The notes beneath the pieces are model-generated. The model had not been told where the DNA came from. It ran no database searches and saw nothing but the letters and a program-made list of their open reading frames with translations. A stretch of DNA of 64,000 nucleotides from assembly GCF_963921235.1 (NCBI RefSeq), contig NC_086108.1, positions 104,100,001 through 104,164,000 of the forward strand. The letters are read 5' to 3'. The stretch's first letter is position 1. Each line of letters starts with the position of its first letter. This document shows, one piece after another, positions 11,600-23,394 of this stretch. A program made the position numbers and the translations under genes. The DNA comes from Mobula hypostoma. Lineage: Eukaryota.

Positions 11600-11898
11600 T
11601 AAGAACATCAGAAATAGGAGCAAGAGTAGGCCATCGGCCCATTGAGCCTGCCCTGTCATTCAATAAGATCATGGCTGATCTGTCTGTAAACTTAGCTCCA
11701 CCTACCTGCCTTTTCCCCCATAACCCTTAATTCCCCTACTACGTAAAAATCTATCTAACTGTATCTTAAATATATTTAGTGACGAAGCTTCAACTGCTTC
11801 CCTGAGCAGAGAATTCCACAGATTCACCACTCTCTGAGAAAAACAGTTTCTCCTCACCTCCGTCCCAAGTCTTCTCCCCTGAATCTTGAGGTAATGGC
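11600..11898 (-). mobile_element. CR1 3' end with 7-bp TSD, inserted in an RTE-like SINE (about 11285-12035)
   Basis: CR1 3'UTR in reverse orientation; CCTGTCA duplicated at 11593-11599 and 11899-11905. Confidence 0.75.
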
Positions 11899-13757
11899 CC
11901 TGTCAGTTGAAATGGTTTTGCCAGGCTTAGTAGCTCGGCCACATGTGAAGGCCAGGAGCTGGACCTGGTTGTCAGTGGCAATGAGATACGCATGCCAGTG
12001 GGAGCTTTTCCCCATTCCCACCCCTGGCTTTGGCAACCTTAAGGTTCCTGTAATACAATGGGCTCTTGTCTTGTTGAGCAGCCTCATATGCAGCACTTTG
12101 TCGTAAGTTTTCTGAAAATCTAAGTAACTAACATCCAATGACTACTTTGTCTATCTTGCTTGTTATTTCCTCAAAAAATTCCCCCTCTTCTCCTCACCCC
12201 TACAAGCTATAATAACCTTGAGGAAATACAGCAGAGAATTTCTATGCAGTAAGCTCCATGAAAGACCAGTGTAATAGTGGCATGTAAATATTGACAAGGA
12301 TGTCACAGATAATTACCGTGCTCTTTCTAAACGTTGTTCCTTGAAGGGCAGGCATAAAAATCTGATTAGGAAATTGCTGCCATTGATGGTGCAACACTCA
12401 CCCAGTGCTGCTCAGAGTTGTTAGTCTATGTGACACAGATTTCGAATTGATTTTGATGAAGACTTAAATGGGGATCAGTCAGAATCAGGTTGTTTATCAC
12501 TGACATATGTCGTGAAATTTGTTGTTTTGTGGCAGAGTTGCCGTTTCACACATAAATATATATGTACAAAAATAACGAGGTAGTGTTCATGGGTTCAATG
12601 TCCACTCAGAAATCTGATTGCAGAGGGAAAGAATCTGTTTCTAGAGCGTTGAGAGTGCACGTTTTCAGGCTTCTGGGACCTCCTCTCTGATGGTAGCAAT
12701 TAAAACTTGAGGTTAATAAATTTTAAAAGTTACCATAAGAAGATTGTTAATTTGTACTGAGGGAGGGTGGTGTTGAATGCTGAGCTGTAATCAGTAAGCA
12801 GCAGCCTGATGTAGCTATTGCTGTTGTCCAGGTGGTCTAAGGCCTGGTGGCAAGCCAATGAGATTATATCTTCTGTAGGTCTTATGACATGATCACCCTG
12901 TCAAAGCACTTAATCACAGTAGACATGCCACTGGGTGATGTTTGTTGAGGCAGCTTTCTCTGCTGTTGGGCACTGGGATGATTGACCTTTTGAAGCAGGT
13001 GGGAACTTCCTACTGAAACGGTGAGAGATTGAAGATGTCCTTGCACATTCCAGCCAGTTGGTTGGCATAAAGTTTTCAGTACCCTGTCATTACAGCTGCA
13101 GGCTTGATGCCTTTTGATGGTTCACCCTTTAAAGAATGTTCTGATGTCAGCTTCCAAGGCAGAGATCATGGAGTTGAAGGATGCTGTGGGGAATCACATA
13201 GTGTAGTGTATTTCTCCCTTTCAAAATGTGCGTAAAAGGCACTGAGCTCTTTGAATGAAGCATTGCTGCCATTTGTGTTATTAGGTTTTGTCTTGTAGGA
13301 ACTAATGGCATACAAACCCTATTACAGCTGCTGTGCTTCCAGTTGTGTCTCTAACTTCAGTTAATTGCCTTTTCGCTCTTGCGATGGCCTTCATTTGTAC
13401 TTGGACTACTTGTGGGGTTCTGGATCACTGGTTTTCAGTGTCCCAGATTGAACTCTCAGGAGACAGTGAATCTCTTGGTTCTGAAAGACTACGTTCTGGA
13501 AAATGTCCACTCATCTGTGCAGTCAGTGACAGCAGTAGCATATTCATTCATATCTGAATATGAGTTCCTGAATATGGTCCAGTCAACTGATTCAAAGCAA
13601 TTTTGTAAATGCTTATCCTCTCTTGATCATAACTTTAGTTTCAGTCTCTGTTTATATGATTGGAGTAGAAGATTATTGGACTTGCCAAAGTGTAGAAGTG
13701 TGATGACACGGTAAGAGTTGCTGATGGTTGTGTAACAGTGATCGTGTGTGTTGGGTC

Positions 13758-13972
13758 ACGCAACACACATAAAAGTTGCTGGTGAACGCAGCAGGCCAGG
13801 CAGCATCTCTAGGAAGAGGTGCAGTCAATGTTTCAGGCCGAGACCCTTGACGAAGGGTCTCGGCCTGAAACGTCGACTGCACCTCTTCCTAGAGATGCTG
13901 CCTGGCCTGCTGCGTTCACCAGCAACTTTTATGTGTGTTGCTTGAATTTCCAGCATCTGCAGAATTCCTGTT
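13758..13972 (+). mobile_element. PLE-derived near-perfect palindrome (89-bp arms, 4-nt loop) with 14-bp TSD
   Basis: Arms 13760-13848 and 13853-13941 are reverse complements with 2 mismatches. GTGTGTGTTGGGTC is duplicated at 13744-13757 and 13973-13986. Confidence 0.9.
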
Positions 13973-14410
13973 GTGTGTGTTGGGTCCTCTGGTTCCTCAG
14001 CTGACATGTTGGTGTTGGTTGTTCAGTGACTTCTTCAAGCTGTCATGGTTGGAGTTCCCCATTGATCAGAACTGGATCTGTGAAAAGACAAACATGGGTT
14101 GGATAGAGGTGTCAGAGGGAATGGCAAGGAAAGGGTGTAGATCAAAGCTGGATTTCTGAATTGGCCTTAGGATTTCTGAAGTGTCAATGAACCCATTGTG
14201 TTTGCTCTTTTTGCACTATTTGTATATTAATTTATTATAAATATTTAAAAAATGGCTACTTAAGCACTGTCCCAATTAGCCAGTTTCATGGAAAGAAAAA
14301 AATACTGTTTAACTGAGAAATGAATTATGTATTTAAATAAAATGCAGAACAAATTAGAACCTTACTAATACCACTACACTACTATAGTTATCAATGGAAG
14401 AATTCATTCA

Positions 14411-17400
14411 GTCGTCGTCTTATCGTGTCCACGGACAGTCTATCCATGGCCCAGCCAGATCTGGACATATTTTTGCGCCTTGGTGAATTTGGCAAGATCT
14501 GCAACAGTACAGGGTTCCCCTAGTGATGGGCATTGCAGGAGATGTTGCATAGTTTGTGGCTCAGTTCCACATGTCGGGCTGGTTGTATATCCCCATTTGC
14601 TTAGTGACAACTTTGAACGACCTACACTGGTCCTAAGTCTGTTAAGGCACTTCCAGGTTGCTCAGTTGCAATTAGTTCCTGGGGGAAGGCTTTCATCCGG
14701 TGCAATTTCCATCGTTGGGGGTTGTTTGAGACTGGCGAGCCGGTCTTTCCGCAAGGCGATGCGGGCTTCAGATGGGGTTGATTGTAATGGAACAACACTG
14801 TTCATGAAGCTCTTCATTGACTTTAGGCGGCTGGGTGTTAGGTGTATGACCATGTAGAGGGTGCCTCTCATCTGATGTTTGATGGAGTTGTTCTTTCTTG
14901 CTGGCTACCGTTCTTCTTGTATCAGGGGGAGTGATACCCGCCAGGATATATAGGCTGTTGGTGTTTGTTGGTTTTAAACAACCTGTGATAAGTCGGCAGC
15001 TTGCATTCAGAATGGCCTCCATCTTCCTAGCATGAGTAGATCTTTCCCATGCAGGGCAGGTGTATTTGGCAGTAGAATAGCAAAGAGCAAGTGCACTGGT
15101 TCGCATCGTTTTCGAGCTTGCTCCCCACTTTGTGTTAGTGAGCTTATTCAGGAAGTTGTTCCGTGCGCTCACTTTTGCCTTTGTCTTATTGATGTGGTTC
15201 TTGAAAGTGAGGCATCTGTAAGGGTGACTCCTAAGTAGATTGGGTGCTCACAATGCATCAGTGTTGCTCCACACCAGGTTACTTTAAGCTGTCGTTTGGC
15301 TTCACGGTTCCTGAGGTGGAATGCACAAACTTGCATCTTTGATGGGTTTGCGCGGAGGTGGTTTTCTTCTTAGTCGGATGTTGATCCCCCAAGGCCTCAG
15401 AAAGCGTTTTCTCCACGGTGTTAAAATCAGTGCTTTGGGCAGTCAGCAGCATATATAACACGGCGTGTGACATCATCTATAGGTTGGTTATTCGTGTAGA
15501 TGTTGCTCCGCAGTGGTGCAAGCACGCTTCCCTGAGGAAGACCATTCTTCTGAATATGTCGCCTGCTGTGCCTCCCCACCTAGTTCAACACAGAACCGGC
15601 GATTCTGAAGCATGCTTTCTCACAGCTCTGTTAAGTGAATATCTTTTGTCATCTCTAGGATCTTGCAGAGGAGACGTCTATGGTTCACTGTATCGTAAGC
15701 TGCTGACAAGTCTACAAAAACAGCATCTATTACCATCCCTTGCTCAAAGCCATCTTCAATATATTGTGTGATGTTGAGCAATTGGCTTGTTATTGATCTG
15801 CCGGGGCAGAAACCTGCTTGCTCTGGACTGATCTTCTCATCTACAGTTGGTGCTATCCTATTGAGTATCAGGTGTTCAGACAGCTTATTGATGTGGAAAA
15901 GCAGTGAGATGGGCCAAAACTCTTAGGATCTGAGGGATCTTTTCTGGGCTTTAATAGTGCTATTACATATGACTTCTGCCAAGTATTAGGTAGCTTGTGT
16001 GTTGCCAGACAGTGGTTGAACAATTGTAGGAGCCATTTCTTTGCTTGCTGTCCAAAATGCTTTATCTGCTCCGATGCTATGTTGTCAAGACCAATTGCTT
16101 TCCCTTGTTTTAGACTAGATAGACCAATTTCCAGCTCTTCTGTGGTGAGTGGTCCAGTGAGGCCAGGGTCATCGCTGTACTTCTTCCTATCTAGTTGTGC
16201 TCTTGGTTGTTTTTTGATGGTTGTGCAACTTGGTTAGCAGACACATTGGGATGTTGGGCAGCTTTCTTGGGATTGCCTCCAAGTTTGCGTATGAGAGACC
16301 ATGCATTCTTGCTGTTTTTTGTAAGATCTGTTGTCTCTATCAAGGTGTTCCAGGTGTTTTGACGCTCTTGAGAGATACTTAACATCACCCTGTCACCGGT
16401 AGATACTGTTTCCTCTGAGAGGGGGTCAGATTCAAACATTGAGACATACTCCCTGTGGAGTTCAACATTCTCTTTGGTGAGACCAGAGATGTGGTGTGCT
16501 CTACAACCTCGGGGGATATTCCTTTTGGCTGTTTTCTGGACAGCTTTTGCTAACAGGTTGTAGTGCTCAGGTAGTGGTTTAATATGTTTAACCTTATGGT
16601 CAAGTGCTCTTGTGAACCCGTTCCAATCGGCCGCCTTGTAGTTGAGGCGCCTTTTGAATGGTATGATGGTTGGTAACACTGCTGCATTTATCTGAATACC
16701 AATAGGACGGTGCTGTGTCTGTGGTATTGGGTCTGTGACAGGCTTCTTGCAGAGGCCAGCGATGTCATTGCTGACAATGGCAAGATCTGGGTTATAACTG
16801 CACTTCCAGCAGGCACTGTGGAAGGAGGCTAGCAATTTAGGATCATGGATGAGACTAAGTTGGTTAACGTCCATCCATTCATCGTTGTTAGACTCCTTGT
16901 ACCCCCAATGGGTACTGTGGCTATTGAAGGCTCCAGTGATGATCTGTGGTTTACTGTGCAGGTTGGATACAGGGTTAGAGAAGCTGAAAACTGTGCCCGG
17001 TGGCTTGTACACTGAGGTCACAACTACTTTGCTCAGCTCTACAGTTAGAATTTCGATGTTGTCCTCCTCTGTTCTACGACTGAACCATCTCTAACAAATA
17101 CAGTACTGCCATATTGTCGATAAGGTCTTTCAATAACCAGGAACATTCCTGGTATTTTTGGGCGGTTGTTTTAGCTTCCTCTGTGTGTCTCCTGCAGGCA
17201 GAGGGCATCACACTGCAACTCGTTGTATAATGTAGCGAAGATGTTTTGTTTAGCTGCAGAAAATCCTTCAACGTTAGCAGATATAACAGTCAATGCCGGT
17301 CTTGAAAAAGACTGGTGTTCCTGACATCGACCTGTGTCTTCAGGCATGATCAAATCAATGATACAAAAATGTTGAATACACTACTTGCTGTGCGTGGCGG

Positions 17401-17453
17401 TGGTAGAATTCGTTCAAATGGGGCTGCGACGTGAACTTTTCTACCATGACCCC
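14411..17453 (-). mobile_element. Apparently full-length but decayed Ingi/Vingi-clade non-LTR retrotransposon (APE endonuclease + RT, about 3 kb)
   Basis: The ORF start has SFSRPALTVISANVEG...LCLQETHR, then SVYKPP...FNSHSTHWGY...YNPDL, and a C-terminal WGA...RTSALALCYSTA.Y.CPAWERSTHA...CRLITGCLKPT. It ends in a (GAC)n tail, with a probable ATTCA TSD (14406-14410, 17454-17458). Confidence 0.8.
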
Positions 17454-17454
17454 A
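17401..17454 (-). ncRNA. HDV-like (CPEB3-type) self-cleaving ribozyme motif at the 5' end of the Vingi element
   Basis: Minus strand (U)GGGGUC-A-UGGUAGAA-AAG-UUCACGU-CGC-AGCCCCA-UUUGAA-CGAA-UUCUACCA. P1, a perfect 8-bp P2, L3 and the catalytic C-GAA J4/2 are in HDV order. The P3 5' strand and P1.1 are degenerate in this copy. Confidence 0.75.
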
Positions 17455-17860
17455 TTCATGCCCTGTTCTATTGATTGACTGTAAATGAACAAAATCAGCA
17501 CAGATACCTAGTGCAGGTAATGGACTGTCTTCATACAATGCATCCTCCAAATCTTAATTTTCTTTATAACATTCAAGATGATTGTCAATACCTTCATAAT
17601 TCCTAACTTGTTGAAGTCACGAAATCATTTGTTTTTCACTTCTGCTATTTCTGGCATCTCTAAGCCTGAAGGCTTGAACTGTGGAGAGCTAAACAGTTCT
17701 GAATTGTCATAATGCTTATTTCACAACTATCAGTGACAATAATTTCTGCTTTTTGAACACAAACACACACAACTGGTGCTATTTAAAAACTGATTGCTGT
17801 AAGCATGGTGGTGTGCGTAATGGCCATGTAAGTGTACAACACTGACACTAATTAGAAACT

Positions 17861-18108
17861 CACGTCAAAGTTGCTGGTGAACGCAGCAGGCCAGGCAGCA
17901 TCTCTAAGAAGAGGTACAGTCGACATTTCAGGCCGAGACCCTTCGTCAGGACTAACTGAAGGAAGAGTGAGTAAGAGATTTGAAGAGAAACGTCGGCTGT
18001 ACCTCTTCCTAGAGATGCTGCCTGGCCTGCTGTGTTCACCAGCAACTTTGATGTGTGTTGCTTGAATTTCCAGCATCTGCCGAATTCCTGTTGTTTGCGT
18101 CTTAAAAA
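17861..18108 (+). mobile_element. PLE fold-back insertion with 14-bp TSD; hammerhead on the inverted arm (17917-17955, minus)
   Basis: ACTAATTAGAAACT duplicated at 17847-17860 and 18109-18122. Minus strand reads TTAGTC-CTGACGA-AGGGTCTCGGCCT-GAAAT-GTC-GACTG. Confidence 0.85.
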
Positions 18109-18259
18109 ACTAATTAGAAACTGTTTAGCAGGTCTCCTGTCCCAATTAAGCAGCACAGTGTCCCAAATAAATTAGGAGAATCACAGTTATTTTCTTAATT
18201 TAGTTCTTGTTCTTTAGCAGTTGTTCCAAATAGATGGCTAGCCCAATTAACTGGAATCC

Positions 18260-18469
18260 ATAAACAAGGGAAAATCTGCAGATGCTGGAAATCTGAGCAA
18301 CACACACAAAATGCTGGAGGAACTCAGCAGGACAGGCAGCATTTATGGGGAGAAAAGCTTTTTGGGCTGAAACCCCGAATCCTGCCAAAGGGTTTAGGTC
18401 TGAAATGTCAACTGTACTTTTTTCCATGGATGCTGAATGGCCTGCGGAGTTCCTTGAACATTTTGTGTG
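18260..18469 (-). mobile_element. Older PLE fold-back insertion with 13-bp TSD
   Basis: TTAACTGGAATCC duplicated at 18247-18259 and 18470-18482; two degenerate inverted pLTR arms lie between them. Confidence 0.75.
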
Positions 18470-19684
18470 TTAACTGGAATCCTGTGTGTGTGAGTGTGTG
18501 TTTTTTAGTAGGAGCCATACACGGATGTAGTATCACTTCTCAAACATCCATGTTCAAGGTGTTCATATTCAAAGTACAGAAGCAAATTTATGATCAAAGT
18601 ACATATACAATGTGCAACTCTTGAGATTCATTTTCCTGCAGGCAATCACAGAACAAAGAAAATACACTAGAATTAATGAAAAACTACACAAAGACTGACA
18701 AACATCCAATGTGCAAAAGGCAATTTGTGTATATACAAAAAATAAATAATACTGAGGGCATGAGTTTGAGTCCTTGAAAGTGAATCCAAGGACTTTAAAG
18801 CAGATAAATTAGCCCTCGAACTCCTTATTTTTGTCAATTTGTGTGCTTGGACCATTTCCTATATTAACACAGTGTTAAATGTGCAAATTTGTTACTATAT
18901 CTATGAGCACTTGAAATAGGGCTCTGATAATTTTCACTGTTTAAAAATGTCCCTTCAAGTTACAGTCCCCTTGAGAATACTGATAGACGCACATCCTGAA
19001 TTTTTCTCCCACATGATACACCCACAGCCTGCAAGTGTATCTCATATCCTGTCTGGATCTGTAATTTGATCTGGCACATTGAGCCAATAATTCTGTCAAT
19101 CTTTTTTCCCCCCTTGTTTAATATAATTATTTACACTAAAGAATTTACTATGAATAATTTGGCTTGCACTCTTTCCTGGCTTTCTGTTGATAAGTTTCTC
19201 AAATAATCTTTGGAAAAAATGTTTGTGATTGGAACATGTTCGGTCTTTAAATAAAATTGGTAATGTTGAATTGAAAAGTATCTATTGTGCTGTTGAAGAT
19301 TGAGTCTTCATAGTAATAATGATGAACTAGCAAGCAGGAGATCTTGGATGCCACGACAAACTGTCAGGTGCATGACGAGGGAAATCCTCTACATCCTGTT
19401 TCTAAGGAAAATGATTTTATGCTTGAAGCAGTTATCAACTCTTAGAGTTTAATGCTCTAATGTTGCTAAGGAAGGTTTTCCTATTTTGTTTGAAAACTGT
19501 CCACAGAAAAACTATTTTCAGGAAACCTTTCTTGCTGATCTTGTTTCTTGGTGCTTATGAAATTAACACAGTACTAAATATTGTTTGTTTTACTTACACA
19601 ACATTTGAGGTTACTCCTGGATAATCGGTTGAACATGTTTGAGGAGAAGGTGTAGAGATGCAAATACTCAGGTGAATAAAGTTA

Positions 19685-20260
19685 AGCAACACACACAAAA
19701 TGCTGGTGGAACGCAGCAGGCCAGGCAGCATCAATAGGAAGAAGTACAGTCGACGTTTTGGGTCGAGCCCCGTCGTCAGGACTAATGGAAAAAAGAGATA
19801 GTGAGAGATTTGAAAGGGGAGGGGGAGACCTAAAATGATAGGAGAAGACAGGAGAGGGAGGGATGAAGCCAAGAGCTGGGAAGTTGATTGGCAGAAGGGA
19901 TACAAGGCTGGAGACGGGACAGAAGGCCTTGGAAGAAAGAAAGGGGGAGGGGAGCACCAGAGGAAGATGGAGAACAGGCAAGGAGTTATTGTGAGAGGGA
20001 AAGAGAGTAATAAATTAGGGATGGGGTAAGAATGGGAGGAGGGGCATTAACAGAAGTTAGAGAAATCAATGTTCATGCCATCAGGTTGGAGGCTACCAGG
20101 ATGGATTATAAGGTGTCGTTCCTTCAACCTGAGAGTGGCTTCATCTTGACAGTAGAGGAGGCCGTGGATTGACATATGGGAATGGGACGTGGAATTAAAA
20201 TGTGTGGCCACTGGGAGATCCTGCTTCCTCTGGCGGACAGAGCGTAGGTGTTCAGCGAAG
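19685..20260 (-). mobile_element. PLE 3' fragment (GIY-YIG C-terminus and pLTR with decayed hammerhead)
   Basis: Reverse complement of the 1650-2220 region. Minus strand reads TTAGTC-CTGACGA...AAAAC-GTC-GACTG. Confidence 0.8.
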
Positions 20261-20749
20261 CTAACTTGTTTTTAAGTTCTGATCCACAATCAATGTGGCA
20301 TAAATTTTGAAGTAAAAGGCATTTTTAAAACATTTTTGCACAATCGTCACTGGTAATTTTTAATGAAAATTTGATTTTTGGATTCCTTTCTGAAAAAGTG
20401 TTACACAGTTAATATTGCATCTGGCCAGTGCACAAGTTGTGGATCACCTTTGACTGTGTGGTTCATTTGAGAGCCCTTATTGCTGAAGTCTGCATTGTAA
20501 AATTAGTCATTGGATTTTTGAACACCTGTCACCCATGACCGTTGCTGAGACAAATTCCATTCTTTGAGTACTTGCCTTTATGCCAGGTTTGTAAATGAAA
20601 ATGAGAAGGAAATTCTGTCCACTTTGAGGCATAGTGGAGATGATCTTCACTGCGTGCCTTTCTTTTATCTCACTAATGATCTTGTCTCCCTCAGTGAAAA
20701 GGACCTCACATTTGGTTTTCCATTAGATATTCATCTCAATTTTGTATTT

Positions 20750-23380
20750 GCTCCTTGATGACATGAAAACCAACAGATCTATTATGGAAGCTTGCCAATG
20801 CTGCTTGCATGCATCCAACAGTGCCCTTGGGTCAGATGCAGTGTCATCAGTTGGGGATCACTACTCCCTTAGCTCTGGTACATCTCCTGGTGGTGGAGCA
20901 GCGGCAAGGACGTCTCTCTGGCATCCCCTGCAGCTTCCAGTGGGGTTAGTCAGTTCCCCAAAATTTGCCCTTTCTCCTTAGCCACAGCCAAAAGCTGCCC
21001 TTTTCTGCCTCTTAAGCCAACTCTCTGGTGGCCATTGTGAGCCTCATTCCATTCGCTGCCATATCATTGAGTAACCTTGTCTTCAATGTGCCGACAAAGC
21101 CCCGGCATCCTACCTCCATGGGGTAGGTGGTGGTCTTTTAGCCAGCTTTCTTACACTCTACTGCGAAGTCTAAGTACTTCAGCCTCTTCTGCTCATGGGC
21201 AGCCTCCACTCCTTCCTCCCGTTCGATGGTTTACTTAATGAGGAGGACTGTCTTGGTGGACATAGACCACAGTACTATGTCTGGGCAGAGATATGTGTTG
21301 GTGATTTCCATGGGAAGCTGCTGCTCTCTGCTGAAATCTACTTCATGTTCCACTCCTTGCCTGATGGAGCTCTTGGGTGGGTGCATTGAGCGCTCTTAAC
21401 TTACCAGCCTTAACAAATGGGATGAGTTGTCGTCCCACTGGGAACAGCTGCTTCTCACATCTTGACTGCAGATCTCTAGGATCTCTGCTGCTTTAGGACC
21501 TGGTTGTGTCACCATCTGGAGCGCCCTTGGGACAGTGCAGTCTTGCACTCTGTCAGGATGTATTGGAGGTTGACATTAGTGGTATCACACAGGGGACGGC
21601 TATCCTCACTGCTGAACCACTAGTGAAGATTTCAGGGGCAAGGCAAGGTATCATAGGTTCCCCTCGTGAGGAAGTTGAGTCTAACTTGTATCTTCCACAG
21701 GTTAGACAGGCTGAATGACCTATTGGTGGTGTCCTCCCATGTTGTCCAGCTTCCCTGGCGGCCCTGTGCCACTGCCTTCACACTGTAGTGCTCTTGCTCT
21801 GTCTTTGTCACTTCCGCGACCATAGCTTTCCTCTTTCTTTGAGGCCTTGAACTAGAAACATGCTGCCTGCCCCCAGCCAAGTCCTGTATGTCCAGACTGG
21901 ACTCTGAAGGCATCCTCTTGGTGCTGCCGCCTGCTGATGGCTTGAGCTCTCAATTTATGGCTGGTATGGATTGGGGCATTGGCACTCCTCACCAGAAGTT
22001 TGGTTGTCTCTCTCAGCTCAATGACCATTCAGGTTTTCTCATGCTTATACCCCAGGCTGATGGATTTCAGTGGCAGCTGCAACATCTTCTGGAAGAGGCA
22101 GTGTCCAAGAAATACTGAGGCAGCTCCAGCCATTTCTGGATGTACGAGATGGCCATCTCATCTGCCCTACTGGCTGTTGATGAGGGAACTTTACACATTT
22201 TCGGGGGCCACATCACTCTTTGGTACAGTCTGAACTGATAGTACCACACTTTGTTTTTTGGGTAGTTGGCTCTGGTTGATTCTGGCCAGGCCCTCTGTGA
22301 GCTGCTTCTGTGCTACTTTTTCCCATCTGTGTGTTGGAGTGCTGTGTGGTGTGCTGCCTCCCAAGGCTTTGGATGGGCTGCTTAGCCAGCAATGGGATTT
22401 CCTCACCTACAACAACAAAGGTAATGTTGTCACTTCTGATCCCTTTTTGAAGGGATAGGCTTCGCAACTTGGAGGGCTTTATATTCATCCTTGCTCATGT
22501 CCTTAGCTCATCTGGCCTCTTCAGCAGCTTTCTTGTGTATGCAGTCATCTGAAGGATGCTTGTGACATCATCCACATAGCTGCTCAGAGGAGGAAGCCTC
22601 TGTCCTGATTGTAGCTTTATCCCTCCAACCACCTGCCTTGCTCAGTAAGGATGATCCCGAAGACTGTCTTTGAACAAGATGGTACATTCCATTGCAATGC
22701 TTACTTTGAGCTGCTGCCACCCCCTTGTAAAGTCTGAAAAAGAGGAGCCCATCTGTAGGTCAGTGAAGTAATTGGAAACCAGGCCTCGAATGCAATCGGG
22801 AATGTAAAAGAGCTCCATTGCAAAGTTGATGAGGTGGTGAGGCACTGATCCATAGGCATTCGCAAGATCCAGCCATGTGACATGTAGTTCACCTTTCTCA
22901 CGCTTGGTTTGTTGGATCTGGTCCCACATCAATGATGCATGCTGCACACCTGGAAAGCCTGGAACTCCTGCCTTCAGGCAGCTGGTGTCAGTGTATCCAT
23001 TGCCCATGAGGAAGCAGGTTATCCTCTTTGCCACGACAGAGAACAAGATTTTCCCCTCCGTATTCAGCAGTGCAATGCTCCTGAACTGGTTAATGGAACT
23101 GGAGTTCTGCTCTTTGGGGATGAACACTGCCACAGCTCTTTGCCACTCTGTTGGGATGTGCTGTTTTTTCCAGGCAGATCTCATTAGGTTCCACAGTATC
23201 TTTAGCACACAAGGGCAGTTTTTGTAGAGCACTGATATCAAACAAGGCAGCAATATTGTCCCAACAGTTTTCTCAGGGTTTCTGGCCAATTGTTGCATTT
23301 CAACTCCAACAAACCTCCTGTGGGATGGAGCTGATCTTTGGAACTAATGGGAAGCTGTCCTATCTTCCATTGTGTCGTGA
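20750..23380 (-). mobile_element. Hero/NeSL-like non-LTR retrotransposon with restriction-like endonuclease, 5'-truncated and decayed
   Basis: RT segment LYKNCP...FIPKEQNS..INQFRSIALLNTEGKI...KAGVPGFPG...WLDLANAYGSVPH. The C-terminal region reads PDIVLWS...EEGVEAAHEQKRLKY...PMEVGCRGFVG (RLE domain). Confidence 0.75.
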
Positions 23381-23394
23381 CTAGATTCCATTAA

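Noticed and set aside
11905..12000. Possible second HDV-like fold in the RTE-like SINE (minus strand GGCCTTCACATGTGGCC)
   Set aside because: It has an L3-like TTCAC but I could not build consistent P1/P2 helices; it needs a family consensus.
13748..14007. Short recurring ORFs (RDAAWPAAFTSNF / LEMLPGLLRSPAT)
   Set aside because: These are translations of the non-coding PLE pLTR palindrome, not a protein family.
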